DNA of 63,138 nucleotides, filler included, from Intoshia linei (taxonomy: Eukaryota; Animalia; Orthonectida): assembly GCA_001642005.1 (NCBI GenBank). It is 5 parts of 5 records of this genome, joined end to end, with 100 filler letters (N's around TTAATTAATTAA, not from the genome) between each part and the next. Parts side by side here need not be neighbours in the genome. Positions count along the whole stretch, not along the records: positions 49,943 to 61,003 come from LWCA01001206.1; positions 61,104 to 63,138 come from LWCA01002471.1; 3 more parts are not named here. One strand, 5' to 3'. The notes under the pieces were generated by a model. The model saw nothing but the letters and a program-made list of their open reading frames with translations. It did not search any database and had not been told where the DNA came from. Of this stretch, positions 49,943-63,138 are shown piece by piece. The position numbers were made by a program, and so were the translations under genes. Numbering within the stretch: the first letter of the stretch is position 1; each line of letters starts with the position of its first letter.

Positions 49943-51151
49943 AGTAAAAAGTATTGTGATATGATGGTTCCACCTGAAACAAATTTGGGAACCACTCTTA
50001 AAAGATTGATAATAGTGAATAGTAGGATTTATAAGTTATATTTTTATACTAAAAAAATTTTTGGCGTTTAATTTAAACTTTAAAAAATGTTTGTAGGATA
50101 ATTAAATGTAGAAACTTTTTCTAGCGTTTTGAAAATTTTAGAAGTGTGGCCAGAAATAAACATATTATCACCTTTAGTTTATTTGGAATAAATTTTAAGC
50201 TGAAAATTTTTATTCGTCATCATAGATAAGTAGTTTTGGCTTTACACTTAAAACTTAAGATGTGTTCTAAATGTAGAGTAATAATTTTGAAAATTAGAAT
50301 AACTGTCTACATTTATTTATTTACCAAAACAAAATGATAAATATAATTTTAAAAAAAAATTTTTGATATTATAGAATATAGTCCATTGTGCATGAACCTA
50401 ACTCATTAAAATATACGAATAAACTTAAATTTTTTGTTAATTACTTAATTGACAAGCATAACTTCGTTAACAATATTTTTGAAAAACTATTTTTGATTTC
50501 TATTCAAAATACACATGATCTATCTGATACGTTTTGAAAAATCGCAAAATTTAAAATAAATGTGACACCCTTTGTACATGTTTATAATTTTAAAAAATAT
50601 TCCATCTTGGCAAAACTACCTATACTGTATATTTCAAACAAACAACGCACAAGTTATATACAATATATGTATAATATGTTAACCCTGAATTTGTTACATT
50701 TTTAATACCAATTGTATTCAACTTTCCCTAGATAGACAACAAAAAATTCAACTTGAGTTATGAAAATTTTAGCGTCGATGTTTACGAAAAAATCCAGAAA
50801 AAATGGTTAAAAAGATCTCCAAATTTGTTTAGGTATTTCATACAAATGTAAAAATTACAAAAAATTTATAGTAAAGAAATTCCAAAAATAATGCCAAAAA
50901 TATCAAAAATGGTTGACAATTGTTTACACCTGAAAGAGTTTATTGATTTCGAAGATCACTTGTATTGTACTTCCCATGATTGGAGGAACGAAAACATAAA
51001 CAATTACATTATAGATTAAATTTTCGCCATTGTTTCTAATAAATTTGTTACTGTTCCACTTAATAAGTACACTAAATTGCAAAGATTTGCACATAAAATT
51101 TTATTTCGTTTTTAGTTTATTTAGGCCAATTTTTAGGAAAACAATTTAATA

Positions 51152-54100
51152 ATGTCCCCATTGCAAATGGACGTTACTAAAAATGATACCCACACTAAAG
51201 AGCGGCCCGCATCCGCTTTGACTCGACCATCAAACATTAACAAAATATATGGTGAAAAATTAAGTATATACAAAAAGAATGAAAAAAGTGCTCAAAACAA
51301 ACACTTTTTTCAAAGAAAGTCAATTGGTGTAATGGAAAACCTTTTCGCTTCAGATTTGCTTTTTAAACCAATAGATAAATGTAATGCTTTACAATTGGGT
51401 CAGAATATGATGTCGACGATTGAAGAAAGAATCGGTATCAAAGCTATGGAAAAACTTAAAGAAGCGTTTATTGAAGCCGATACAGACAGAAATGGTGGTT
51501 TAGATATTTTTGAGTTTAAGGAATTGCTTATTACACAACTACATTTAAAACGGAGTCAGGTAATTTTGTTTCCGCTAATTTTTCAGTTTTTTATTTTTTC
51601 ATTTCTCCAAAAATACTACCTAAAAAGAAACACTGTCAAATTTTGTAATATAAATAAAACTTAATTAGATTAATGAAATTGAAAACCTTTTCCACAAAAT
51701 TGATTTATCTTCAGAAGGGACGGTTAGTTGGGATGAATTTTGCACTTATTTACAAAATGAATACTCAGCAAAAGAGATGCATTCAAATTCCATCAAATCA
51801 ATGACATTTAATTTACCAGCTAAATGTGTAGGTTCTCCACAAAGAGATAATTTCCTCAAAATTTGCGGTTTGGTAGATGGAAATTTTGTTGCGTGCGGTA
51901 CAGAAGGGTCAATTTCATTTTGGTCTCCTAATGCCGACTTGAAGCGATCAAAGTCACTTTTAAACGTGGATGTACTTTTATAATATTTCAAAATAAAACG
52001 TTATTTTTAGAAAATTAGAAAGTCAAATACTAAAAAAGTTACAGATTTTTTAATATTTAGTGAATACAATAAATTAATGCTTAGTACTGGGTATAATTTT
52101 TGATCGTTATTTTTATTATTAATATTAATTTTTTTTAGAGAACGTGAAATTCAATTTTATGAACTTTCATCACTGGAAACGTATTGCCAAATACGTGGTT
52201 TTCAATCTTTACCCCTTGTCATGGACTACAGGTATTATGGTGTCATTTCAATTATATATTATATTCAGTGTTATGAAAAATACGCGATTAGATACCTGTT
52301 ATATAATTTATGGTGATTCAAATGGTTGTATAACAATTTTGACTATTCAAAAGGTCGGGGAGTGTCTTAGGTACTAAAATTGTTTTTTTTAGTTTTCTTA
52401 ATTTTCAACTTTAGAAATTGGAAAAACATGAAAAAAGTAAACGGTATGGCTTCAATAAACATTGAAAACGCTGTAAATCGTTTTGGAGTTAATATGGTTG
52501 TATGGAAAGTACATACAGATTGGGTTCAATCGGTTCAATATTGTCCAGAAATTGATCGTATCATTTCATGCAGTAATAGCACGGATAATGCCATGGTCAT
52601 TGGTACAGTCTCAAATAATTTAAATCTTGGAATAACTAAAGCCTATGAAAACGTCATAATAACCAAAGAGTTTATAGATTATTCATGTTAATATTTAATC
52701 AACAAATTTAGTGGTAAACCCATCGATAAACATCAAGAAAGAAAATCTCTAATTTCATTCAAAGTTAATCCTAGAAAAAGAAATCCTAGTGATCAAATTG
52801 TGTATAAAATTTATAAGGGAGTTAAAGTTTTTGATTACAGTAAAAAGAAAAATATTATTGCGACGGGAGGTAATACACCATTCGTTATGTTGATTTTAAT
52901 GTATGCTTCAAAATTTGTATAAGAATTTGTTTTTATAAAAGTTCTAGGATTTTTTCATTTAAAAAAACAAATTTTAATTTGTGGTTTTGGCCGTTTAGGT
53001 GCCATTTTTGTAGTTTCAAATTCATCTTACTTATTTAGGCATGGACCGAATTGTTCGAATATGGAATCCGTATGTTCAAGGGTAAATTATTTAAAATATA
53101 ATAATATAAAAATTAGAAAACCGGTAGGTATAATTGCTGGTCATAATGCACCGATTTGTTTCATACGAATTGCAGAAGAAGAAGAACGGATTTTTAGCTT
53201 TTCTACTGATAATTTTTTGATGGTAATGTGCCAATTAATTTGATTATATTGTTAAAAAAATTATAATAGGTCTGGGATACTCAAGATTACACTTGTTTGT
53301 TAACGTTAAGACCAAAAACACATAAAATACGTGGAGATATTGTATCCTGTTGTTATAATATACAATCTAAATCACTTCTTGTGACAACGGATCATATTCA
53401 TTCCTTAACCATTAAACAAAAAACAGTATTAAAGGATTTTACCAATGTTTCTCACAGCGTTGCATTAGACTGTTGTTTGTATAGTAAAAAATTTGATCAT
53501 GTTGTGACTGCTTCTCATAATTCGGTAATTCTTTTTAAATAAGAAAAAAAATTATTTTATTTTAAATTTATTTATTTATTTTTAAATGGGTGTCTACTTA
53601 AATCCAATTATTTTTACTAAAAATCAAAATTTACCAACATTAAAAGGAAAAATTCAGTTTTAATAACCTTTAAAGGAAAAATTCGGTTTTAAAAACCCTT
53701 TAGAGAAAATTCCAGTTTTACCGACCTTTAAGGGAAAATTTTAGTTTTACCAACCTTTAAGGGAAAAATCCAGTTTTACAAAATTGCGGAGTATCCCCTA
53801 AAAACTCAATATCACCAACAAAACAAAATGAAATTCTCAAATAGAAAGATTAGTGATAAACAAGTTATAAACGCTTAAGGGGTTACTTAAACTAATGAAG
53901 AAACAAAGCACACTTTTTAAAACAAAATAAAAAAAATTTTATTAATTATGCATTTTTCTGTACTTGAAATATTTTGTATTTGCTTTATTAGATGTTTTTA
54001 TTGGTCTTTCTCTCTTTCTAATTATTTTTAAGTGCAAATCAACTATCCAATCCATCCAATCAATACATCAATATTACATCCAATCTTTTATTTCACGAAG

Positions 54101-55447
54101 TACATCGAAAACGTGGTAGCATTTTTTTTAGAAAATTTTTTGCAGCTGCACTTAATCGATTTATAATCAATAATTTGCATTAAAATTGTTACAAACGCAT
54201 AATGTTTAAGAAATTTTGAATGATTAAGGATTTTTCCTTAGGGGTTTGAAAATGTGAGTTAGTAAAACTCAATTTTTCCATTAAAGGTTGGTAAAAGTGG
54301 ATTATTCCCTTAAGGGTAGGTAAAAATCGATTTTTCCATTAAAAGTGGGTTTTCCCATAAGGGTTGGTAAAATTGGGATTTTTCCTTAAGAGTTTGTAAA
54401 AGTGGATTTTTAGTAAAAATGGTTTGATTTAAGTAAAAATGGTTGGGTTTAAGAATATTATCTTTTTAAATTTTACACATTTAAAATTTTTCCTTTTAAT
54501 GGTAATGTCTACAAACGATTATTCTGCCTTATTAAAATTGTAATTGATTTCAAGGTGTAATCTTATAATTTTAAAATTATATTTAGACAGTTAGAGTTTG
54601 GAGTTTGCAATACGGAATTATTATCAATGAATTTAAAAATGCTCATGGAAATAGTGTCATCAGTAGTATGTGCTTTGATTCGACCGGTTTAAAGTAATAT
54701 TCATTTTTATTATTGCAGGCGTAATTTTCAATTGTAATGTAAACCCGGTCTCTAGTATTGAGTTTCAAGTGATTTGAAGGTATCAACGGGATCGCCTATA
54801 GTAAAGGGTCTATAAATAGATATGATGTTTACATTCAATATTCTTAAACTTAGGTTGGTAACAGCAAGTCATGACGGTACAGTTAAAGTTTGGAACTATA
54901 CAAATGGATATTGTTTAAAAACAATTAAAAATGGTAATTATATCGGTTTACATAAGTAGTTCCCGATTTAAATAGTGATGGACCCCAATATCAAACTATT
55001 TTTTTTGGACTCTAAGAAAAAATGAGTATATATATAACTATTTATGAAAAAATAAAAGGTTTTTCTTATACAATTTGGTATCATCGTGTTTCAAATGTTA
55101 TATTTTATTAAATTTTATTAATTGACGAATAAAAGTGGGATGTTTCAAATAATAATGCATCGGTCGTATCAGATTTGGAATAAATTCCCAATATATGGCA
55201 ATTCGGTAATAAATATTGTAAATATATAAATAAAGTAAAGTTGGTAAAATTTAATTTATTTAAAATGTCTTATTTGAATCTCATGGACCCCAGATGTATA
55301 TTTTTGGATCCACTAGGGGTCTAGAGATCCAATCGTGAACCACTGGTGGATATCATACGCAAAAAATATTACATTGTTAAATTATTAATTTTTAGACAAC
55401 CCTTGCGAATTATGCGATGTTATATATGCTAAATTAAATAATAATAG
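51152..55447 (+). CDS. EF-hand + WD40 protein of the WDR64/WDR49/WDY family; 3' end not found
   Basis: EF-hands LKEAFIEADTDRNGGLDIFEF and LFHKIDLSSEGTVSWDEFCTY, followed by WD repeats over about 13 exons (VHTDWVQSV, IATGGMDRIVRIWNPYV, GHNAPI, LVTASHDGTVKVWNY). Confidence 0.8.
53587..54465. mobile_element. Foldback-type element with long TIRs made of ~31-bp tandem units
   Basis: About five units of TTTTACCAACCTTTAAGGGAAAAATCCAG at 53630-53780 are mirrored as the reverse complement at 54230-54420. Confidence 0.75.
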
Positions 55448-55639
55448 GTTTTATTATATATTATAATTTCTTATATTAAATTAATATATAATTAATGAAA
55501 TATTATAGACATAGTTTTTTGAAAAATTTTTTTGTACCAAATTTTTAGTTTAGGAACAAACGAAATTAAGGAGGTTTCCAGTTTTTTAATTGTGTGTCTT
55601 TCATCTTATTTACGAAAATAAGATGTGTAGAGTTTTAAA

Positions 55640-56382
55640 AACACCAATATCTAATGCAGTTTTTCTAGGACACTTTCGTGTATAATTTCAATGCATATTT
55701 TTTTTGAAATTGTAGGATCAATATTTACAGTTTCAATTTTTATTTTAATCGCAATATTTGAAAAATATTGGTTAATAATATATTAAAAATTATTTTTCAC
55801 GGGGAATACGTAGATTTCGGGGTTGAATTTTTGTATTTTTATCAACTGGAATAAGCTCTATTAGAATAATCTACTTTTTTCAATTTTTGGAAGGTTAATT
55901 ATTTCACATTTTTTGTTTAAAATATTTCGGAAAAAAATATATGAATACTAAAATGCTTTTTAACCATGAAGGCGTCACTTATTCAGATTGAAATATTTTG
56001 TGTGTGTTAACAGGATACAACTGTACCACCTGTAATTTTTGTATATTCTAGGGCTGTTTTCATTAAAAAAAAAGGTAATTTGTGGTTTTGGCCCTGAAGA
56101 TATATTTTTTTTTAAATTTAAATTTATTAGAATATTTATGATTTTAAAATCCCTATCAGGGTATAAATTTTTTTAAATTCTGGAACTCGTTTGATTTTCA
56201 AAAAAAAGGAACATTGGGTTTTTTGACCCGTAAGATGTGAGTTTATGAGGTTAAAATTTATTTTGCTAACACCCCGGAAAAAACTGTAATAAAAATATGG
56301 ACCTTATAAAATTCTAAGACTCGTAGTTATTGAAATAAACAATAACACACACAGACAAACAAAGCATTTTATATAAGTAAAG
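55640..56382 (-). mobile_element. Non-autonomous Helitron, 5' part
   Basis: Ends TTATATAAGTAAAGA (reverse complement of the TC start). Homologous to 12015-12400 and 60300-60983. Confidence 0.72.
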
Positions 56383-56797
56383 ATAATTTTCATTAATATT
56401 GAACGTCGACTTCGGAAATATCTTAATGATTTGAATCAAAAAAATTGCTTATTTATTTAGTAAATTTTTTCAACGGGCGGTATAAAAAATGAGTTTGAGA
56501 ACCCACGATGTAGTGTATATTTCAACGCTATTTCTCTGAAAACGACTAAAATATATTAATAAACATGTTATTTTCGATTGTTGACTCGTTTTGAGATATT
56601 ACCATTTTAAATTAATAGGGTATCGTTTATATTTTAATTTTTCAAGCAAATTTGTTTTTTCAATGGCTAATACAGTTACAGGTTGAGTACATTTAGCGCT
56701 AATATGGTAAGTATCAAGTTCCAAAACTAGTTCAATATCACCTAAACATTAAACTAAATTTTTTTTATTAACAAATAAATTATTCTTAACAAATGAA

Positions 56798-57570
56798 TAG
56801 TGATTGTGATTTCTCGGGACAAAAAAAATTTTTTATTCATATATAATATATAAGCATTAAAAATTTTAGAAACAAAAAGAAATTGAAATAATGCGAATCT
56901 AGATTTAAATTTACAAATTTAATTAGAAAAAAATTTATTTATTTTAGATTGTTGAAAAAGTGTTAAAAGTGTTGTAAAAAAATACACATAATATTGATAG
57001 ATTCGTCTTTTAAACGCGTTCTACTTTTTGTAACGAAATTAGAAGCAGTAGAGAAATTTCTTTCATTTTGTGTTGACGTTGGTTGAACGGACATAAGGGC
57101 TTCCTTTAATTTTAACAATCTTGATGATAGCGTTCCACTTCGTAACAACTCATTTTTGGAAAAAAAGAATAATTCCCTTAAGCGTTAGTAATTTGTGGTT
57201 GGAATAAGATGTTTTTAAAAAAAGTATTGGAAAAAGGATATTTTTCCATTAAGGGCTGGAAAATTAAATTTTTTATTTGTGGTTTGATGAAGGGGATTTT
57301 TTTCATAATATTTCGTAAAATCAAATTTTTGAAAAGAATATCGGTATAAGTTAATTTTTCCATGAGGGCTTGAAATGGTATTTTTGATTAAATAATATTA
57401 GTGATGGGATATGAAATGGTAAATTTTAAATATTATAATATAATCATATTTTCATAGTAATAACAAACATAAATAAAATACAGGTATGTCTCAATTTTTT
57501 TCGGGAATCCCGGGAAATTATTAAATATGCTGGGAATTTTGTCCCGGTTTTTTTCCCAACACAATCACTA
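56798..57570 (-). mobile_element. Complete non-autonomous hAT element (TAGTGATTGTG family)
   Basis: Perfect 11-bp TIR TAGTGATTGTG/CACAATCACTA, TSD CAAATGAA/CACATGAA and a hAT dimerisation fragment at 56963-57148. Confidence 0.9.
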
Positions 57571-57690
57571 CACATGAATTGCTAAAATAAAATTATATCC
57601 AATGTAAGTTCCAGTGTAATAAAGAATTAATTCATTGAATCTTGATTTATTTTTTCCATTTTTAAAAAAGGGTTGATTAGGTAAAGATTA

Positions 57691-59199
57691 TTAAAAGACC
57701 GTGAAGATGCAAAGTTTTGAGCGTGAAATGTATCTTAGTTTGTGTGTCTGAAAAATATGATTTAAAATTTTACTTTGTAAATTTCTGGGATTCAGTTTTA
57801 TAAATAAATGGTGGTAGACTCTTACACAGACAAACACATTTTTAGCAACTTTTATTTTATAAATTATAATATAACGTTTATATAGGTAAGGATATAAAAT
57901 ACCAATTATTTGGTTTTTCCCAATGGTTATAAGAGAAATGCTTGTTTTTAATGAATTAGTAAGAGATAATGTATTATTATTTGGTTTAATGTTGTTTTCA
58001 AAGCTGTTTATCAAAGTCTTTTTAACTTTATGTAGATTTGAAAATAAGTTTGTACGTCTAAAGTTGATTTAAAAAGTATATACAATACAGGGTACTCTTG
58101 TTCACTTGAAAAATGCTTTTTTAAAAATTTCTGGTATTGCTTTTCATGTTTTTTTGCGTTAACACTTATTATCACTTCCCCACTAAAATATTTAAAATAC
58201 CTTCATGTAAATGTATATAAACCTTACATTATAAAGTGAAAAATAATAATGACACTGCCAGTTTAATAAAAATTCAAAATTAAAATAATTAAATTAAAAT
58301 GTATTATAAACTACATGGTATGTATGCAATTTATGCCCACAATTAACTAAACCAGGGATGTCCAACCTGTCAATCGCAAATAATTTTCTAGTCGATCGCC
58401 AAATTAAAAAATTAGAATTAATTTTTTATTAATTAATATAATTACTCGTTATTAAAATGATTAAATATATCTATTTTAATATTGATATATAATTTATTTT
58501 TAATTTTTATGCTTTCTACGATCACAGAAAGAATATTTAGTTAAACATTTTTTATTGGGTTCCGCAAGGCGATTTTTTTAAATAGGTTCCAATCAGAAAC
58601 ATTTTTCTAGTCAATGTATTAGTCGATCGCATCAAAAAAGGGTTGGCCACCTCTGAACTAAACTAATCAAACCTTAAAATCGAGACATTTTAGAAATAAA
58701 TAAAACTATAAAAACGAACCTTACAATCAAATATATATATGTAAATTGCTGTCCTTGTTTGATAAGATTTTCACCAAATTGGATATCAAGTTTTTGAATT
58801 CTGGGAGAAATGTCGTTCAAATCTCGCATTAACCAATTTTTAAAGAAATCGTGTTGTTTAATAATATCAAATTTTTCTTGAACATGTTTACGATAAATAT
58901 CAGAAATTGAACGTTTATACAAATCTCGATGAATGACTACCAATTCACAAGCACTCTCAGTTAAAATTGATGCAGTTCTAAAACAATCGGATCGCAACAA
59001 AGCAATTTCTCCAAATGCACCTCCTCTACCGATAGTATTAATTAAATTACCCAAATTTGAGTTTTCTGGGGTGTTTGATATTGAATCTTGAGAATTTTGT
59101 TCTGTCACGTTGGGTTTCATTTCCTTGACTATGTCTTCCACAACGTCGTTATTACTTTTGATATATACTGCAACGCTGCCACTTAAAATTATGTACATT
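57691..59199 (-). CDS. Cyclic-nucleotide-binding-domain protein (CNBD1/2-like), partial; clearest exon 58720-59199
   Basis: MYIILSGSVAV...GGAFGEIALL...RTASI...CELVVI, with a second CNB domain beginning FGENLIKQGQ..IYLIV-SGEV and continuing into ~58090-58182 and ~57902-58064. The 3' boundary is uncertain. Confidence 0.78.
58353..58655 (+). mobile_element. hAT MITE
   Basis: TIRs CAGGGATGTCCAACC / GGTTGGCCACCTCTG with a perfect TSD AACTAAAC. Confidence 0.88.
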
Positions 59200-59268
59200 C
59201 TAAAAAGTTGATATAATTTTTATCAAGATATTTTGAGAAAATTTATTTATTAAAGTTTTTTGAGCCTA

Positions 59269-59600
59269 CTGTCTTTTCTCGATTATAAGCAGACCATGAA
59301 ATACAAATTTTCAGTGAAATTTTTTAACTAAATAAAATTTGAATATAAGCAGAAACTGCTTGTATTCGAAAGAAAGAACTTTAAACAAAAAATAGACAAC
59401 ATATCAATTTATTTTTAAAAAATAACTTTCTTCATACAATAGAATGTCTTTTTTATAAATTTATACTAATTAGAAAAAAACATGTAGTGTATTTTTTATA
59501 TTTTTCAAGGTCTGCTTAAAAGTCTGTTTGTTTTTGATTATAAGCATTTTTCCTTCTACTCTCGAATATAAAAAGACTTCTTATAATCGAGAAAAGACAG
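59269..59600. mobile_element. pogo/Tigger-like MITE
   Basis: Perfect 22-bp TIR CTGTCTTTTCTCGATTATAAG-type with TA flanks. Confidence 0.88.
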
Positions 59601-60983
59601 TAGTCTTAATTTTGAGTGGGTTGTCATGATAGGTTTGATCGGTAGTAGGGTTCACATGTATCTGACAAAAAAGGGTGATGATTACTAAATTTCTTCATAT
59701 ATCAGTGTATCCTAACCTTTTTTGTCCGGTTCCCACTTTCACTCTTAAAAATCCATGCCCCACTTCAAAAAATTACTATTAGATCTCTTTTTTTTGGGCT
59801 GATATAATAAATCAATCAAAAAAAATTATAATTAATTCAGTGACAATTTTTTACTATACATACTAACATGTTAAAAATATAATTTTCTAATAAATTATCA
59901 TTCGAAAGTTTTTATTGTCGAAAGTCGAGCTAATTATAATATTTATTTTATAGAATTAATGATATCACTAAGCCTTATTATTCTTACAGATTTTCTTAAT
60001 ATTAGTATGAGACATGATAATTATTTACTTGTATAAAATTTAATGTCAATGTTTGTTAAAGTTTACTAATTAAAATTAAAATTAACGTTAATTAAAAAAT
60101 TATTAAAAAATTGAAGTCCTATAAATAAAAAAACATCAAATTTTAATACAGTTTTTTCAAGTGTCATGTTATAACAAATTTTATTTTGAGAATTTCATAA
60201 ATTGAGTCTTTCAAGATCAAAAACCCCAATTATATTTTTTTTACATAATTTTACATAATCACAGAATAAATTTTAATTATTTTCTTACATTGTAGATAAA
60301 AATGAATGTCTGTGTGTTACCGTTTATTTAAAAAATTGACGGTCGTAAAACTCAAAAAAACCTAATTTTTAATACAGTTTTTTCCAGAACGTCTTTATAT
60401 CTATTTTTCAGTTTCCGAATTTGAGTAATTCAGGGTCAAAAACCCAATTTCCACTTTTGTTTAAAAAATTAATCAGCCTAAAAATTTAATAAAACAGACA
60501 CGCTGGCACGCGTTTTAAAATAATTAACATTGTCGTAAATCTCAGCCTCAGAACTATATTATATATATATATATATATTATATAATATATAAATACATTA
60601 ATAGTCAAAACTCAAAATGACCCCTTGTTTTAAAAATGAAACATGTCCTAAAATTTTATAAAACATAAATTATGGAATAGTTTTTAAAATCATAAGCATT
60701 ATAATAAATGACAACCTCAAAAAAGTGAAATTTCATGACCAAAATCCAAATTGCCCTTTTTTTTAAAAATGAGAATAGTCCTAGAATTTAAACAAAATTA
60801 CATCCGATACAGTTATATCCAGTTAATTAACAGTTAATAAGTTAACAGTTAACCTACACAACAAATTTGAATCTGACAAAGTGACACCTTCACGGTCAAA
60901 AATGCACTTATATAGATTTTCAGCCATATTTCTTTATTGGAAATTTGTTGACGTTCAATGCAAATTTTTTTTGAAATTGTAGG

Positions 60984-61083
60984 ATCAATATTTACATTTT
61001 CAANNNNNNNNNNNNNNNNNNNNNNNNNNNNNNNNNNNNNNNNNNNNTTAATTAATTAANNNNNNNNNNNNNNNNNNNNNNNN
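60984..61083. other. Assembly gap with synthetic linker
   Basis: N44-TTAATTAATTAA-N44. Confidence 0.95.
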
Positions 61084-63138
61084 NNNNNNNNNNNNNNNNN
61101 NNNAAATTATAAGTAGTATTACATTAAATAAAATATAAAAAATATCAAATATTATTTTAAAAATATATGACACACATTGTATTTAAAATATAATACATAA
61201 ATCAAATTTGATTATAATACATACAAAAATATAAAAAAGTATTCACGATTTAAACTTTATTAAATTACAAGTCATATTACATTTTTATAGTAGGTAAAAA
61301 ATATAAAAAATAATTTAAATAATGTCACACAAATTGGATTTATAATTTAACTATAGTACATATTATAATATAACACATCAATCATATACAATTTAAATTT
61401 TTTCAAATTATAATTAATACTACATTTTACTAGTAAGTAAATAATATAAAATATTATTTATATAATATATGAAACCATTTTATTATATATTTTAACGATA
61501 ATACACATTATAATATAAAACATAAATCATTTACGATTTAAATTTCATCAAATTAAAAGTAACATTACATTTTAATAGTAAGTAAGAAATATAAAATAAT
61601 ATTTATATAATATATGACATAATTTTATTATATAATTTAATTATAATACACATTATAATATAACACATAAATCATTTACGACTTAAATTTTGATAAATTA
61701 TAAGTAATATTACTGTTTAATAGGACGTAAATTATATAACATTAATTATTTACAATTTAAATTTCATTAAATTATAAGTAATATTACTGTTTAATAGAAA
61801 GTAAAAAATATAAATTATTATTTAAACAATATGTGACACTAATTTAATATAAAATTTTACAAAAATACAAATTATAATACAATACATACATCATTTACAA
61901 TTAAAATTTCATCAAATTATAAGTGATATTACATTTTAATAGTAAATATAAAACATAAAATATTATTTAAATAATATGCAACACCAATTTAATATGAAAT
62001 ATGACTTAAAATAAAATTAATTATAATACTAATCATAATATAACACGAATCATTTCATATTTAAACATTATTAAACTATAAGTAATATTATTGTTTAATA
62101 GATAGTAAAAAATATAAAATGTTATTTAAATAATTAGTGACACAAATTTGATATAAAATATAACTTAAAATAAATTTAACAATAATACTAATCATAATAT
62201 AACACATACATTATTTACGATTTAAATTTATTTAAATTATAAGTAATATTACTGTTTAATAGAAAGTAAAAAATATAAAATATTATTTATATAATATNAT
62301 AATACACATTATTATATAACAAATTATTTACGATTAGAATTTCATTAAATTATAAGTAATATTACTGTTTAATAGAAAGTAAAAAATATAAAAAATTATT
62401 TAAATAGTATGTTACACTAATTTAATATAAAATGTTACCAAAATACACATTATAATACAATACATACATCATTTACAATTAAAATTTCATCAAATTATAA
62501 GTAATATTAAATTTTGATAGTAAGTAAGAAATATAAACTATTATTTAAACAATATGCAACACAAATTTAATATAAAATATGACTTAAAATAAACTTAACT
62601 ATAATACAAATTATAATATCAAACCACTCATTTAATATTTAAACATTATTTAACTATAAGTAATATTACATTTTAATAGATAGTAAAAAATATCAAATAT
62701 TGATGAAATTATATGTGACACAAATTTAATATATAATTAAACGATAATACACCCTATTATATAACACATAAATCATAAGTAATATTACTGTTTAATAGAA
62801 AGTAAAAAATATGAATTGTTATTTAAATAATATGTGACACCAATTTGATATACAATATGACTTAAAACAAATTTAACAATAATACTAATTATAATATAAC
62901 ACATAAATCATTTACGATTTAAATTTCATTAAATTATAAGTAATATTACGGTTTAATAGATCGTAAATAATATGTGACACACATTTGATATATAATTTAA
63001 CTATAATATATATCATAATATAACACATAAATTATTTACGATTTAAATTTCATTAAATTATGTCATATTACATTTTAAATGCAAATAAGAAATATACAAA
63101 ATTATTTAAATAATGTAACACAAATTTGATATAAAGTT
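61084..63138. repeat. AT-rich tandem satellite, ~145-160 bp monomer with length variants
   Basis: The motif AAATTATAAGTAATATTAC...TTTAATAG.AAGTAAAAAATATA...GACACAAATTT...TCATTTACGATTTAAATTTCAT recurs about 15 times. Confidence 0.9.

Noticed and set aside
53630-53780. ~31-bp periodic repeats that superficially resemble a CRISPR array
   Set aside because: The units are directly tandem with no unique spacers, are mirrored in inverted form, sit in a eukaryotic intron, and have no cas genes nearby.

Overview
Very AT-rich (~75% A+T by eye) animal genomic DNA with many 35-60 bp GT-AG introns and a few larger transposon-filled introns. This compact style resembles a reduced parasitic metazoan such as an orthonectid, but the taxon is inference only. 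Four synthetic N44-TTAATTAATTAA-N44 linkers join five contigs. Genes supported by manual splicing and translation: two tandem AP-2 (TFAP2) paralogues, an intronless orphan membrane-protein ORF, a WDR38-like gene, a probably decayed reprolysin metalloprotease with mucin and ShK domains, a C-terminal ALAD/HemB fragment, a partial EED/ESC, a complete Shaker/Kv1 channel, an EF-hand+WD40 (WDR64/WDR49-type) gene and a partial cyclic-nucleotide-binding-domain gene. Repeats include decayed and non-autonomous hAT elements, pogo/Tigger-like MITEs, an abundant non-autonomous Helitron, two foldback-like elements and a terminal satellite. The most unusual signal is a ~274-nt, GC-enriched, multi-branched RNA structure in intron 1 of the WDR38-like gene. 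Its G-U pairs favour the host sense strand and it matches no ncRNA family I can recognise.
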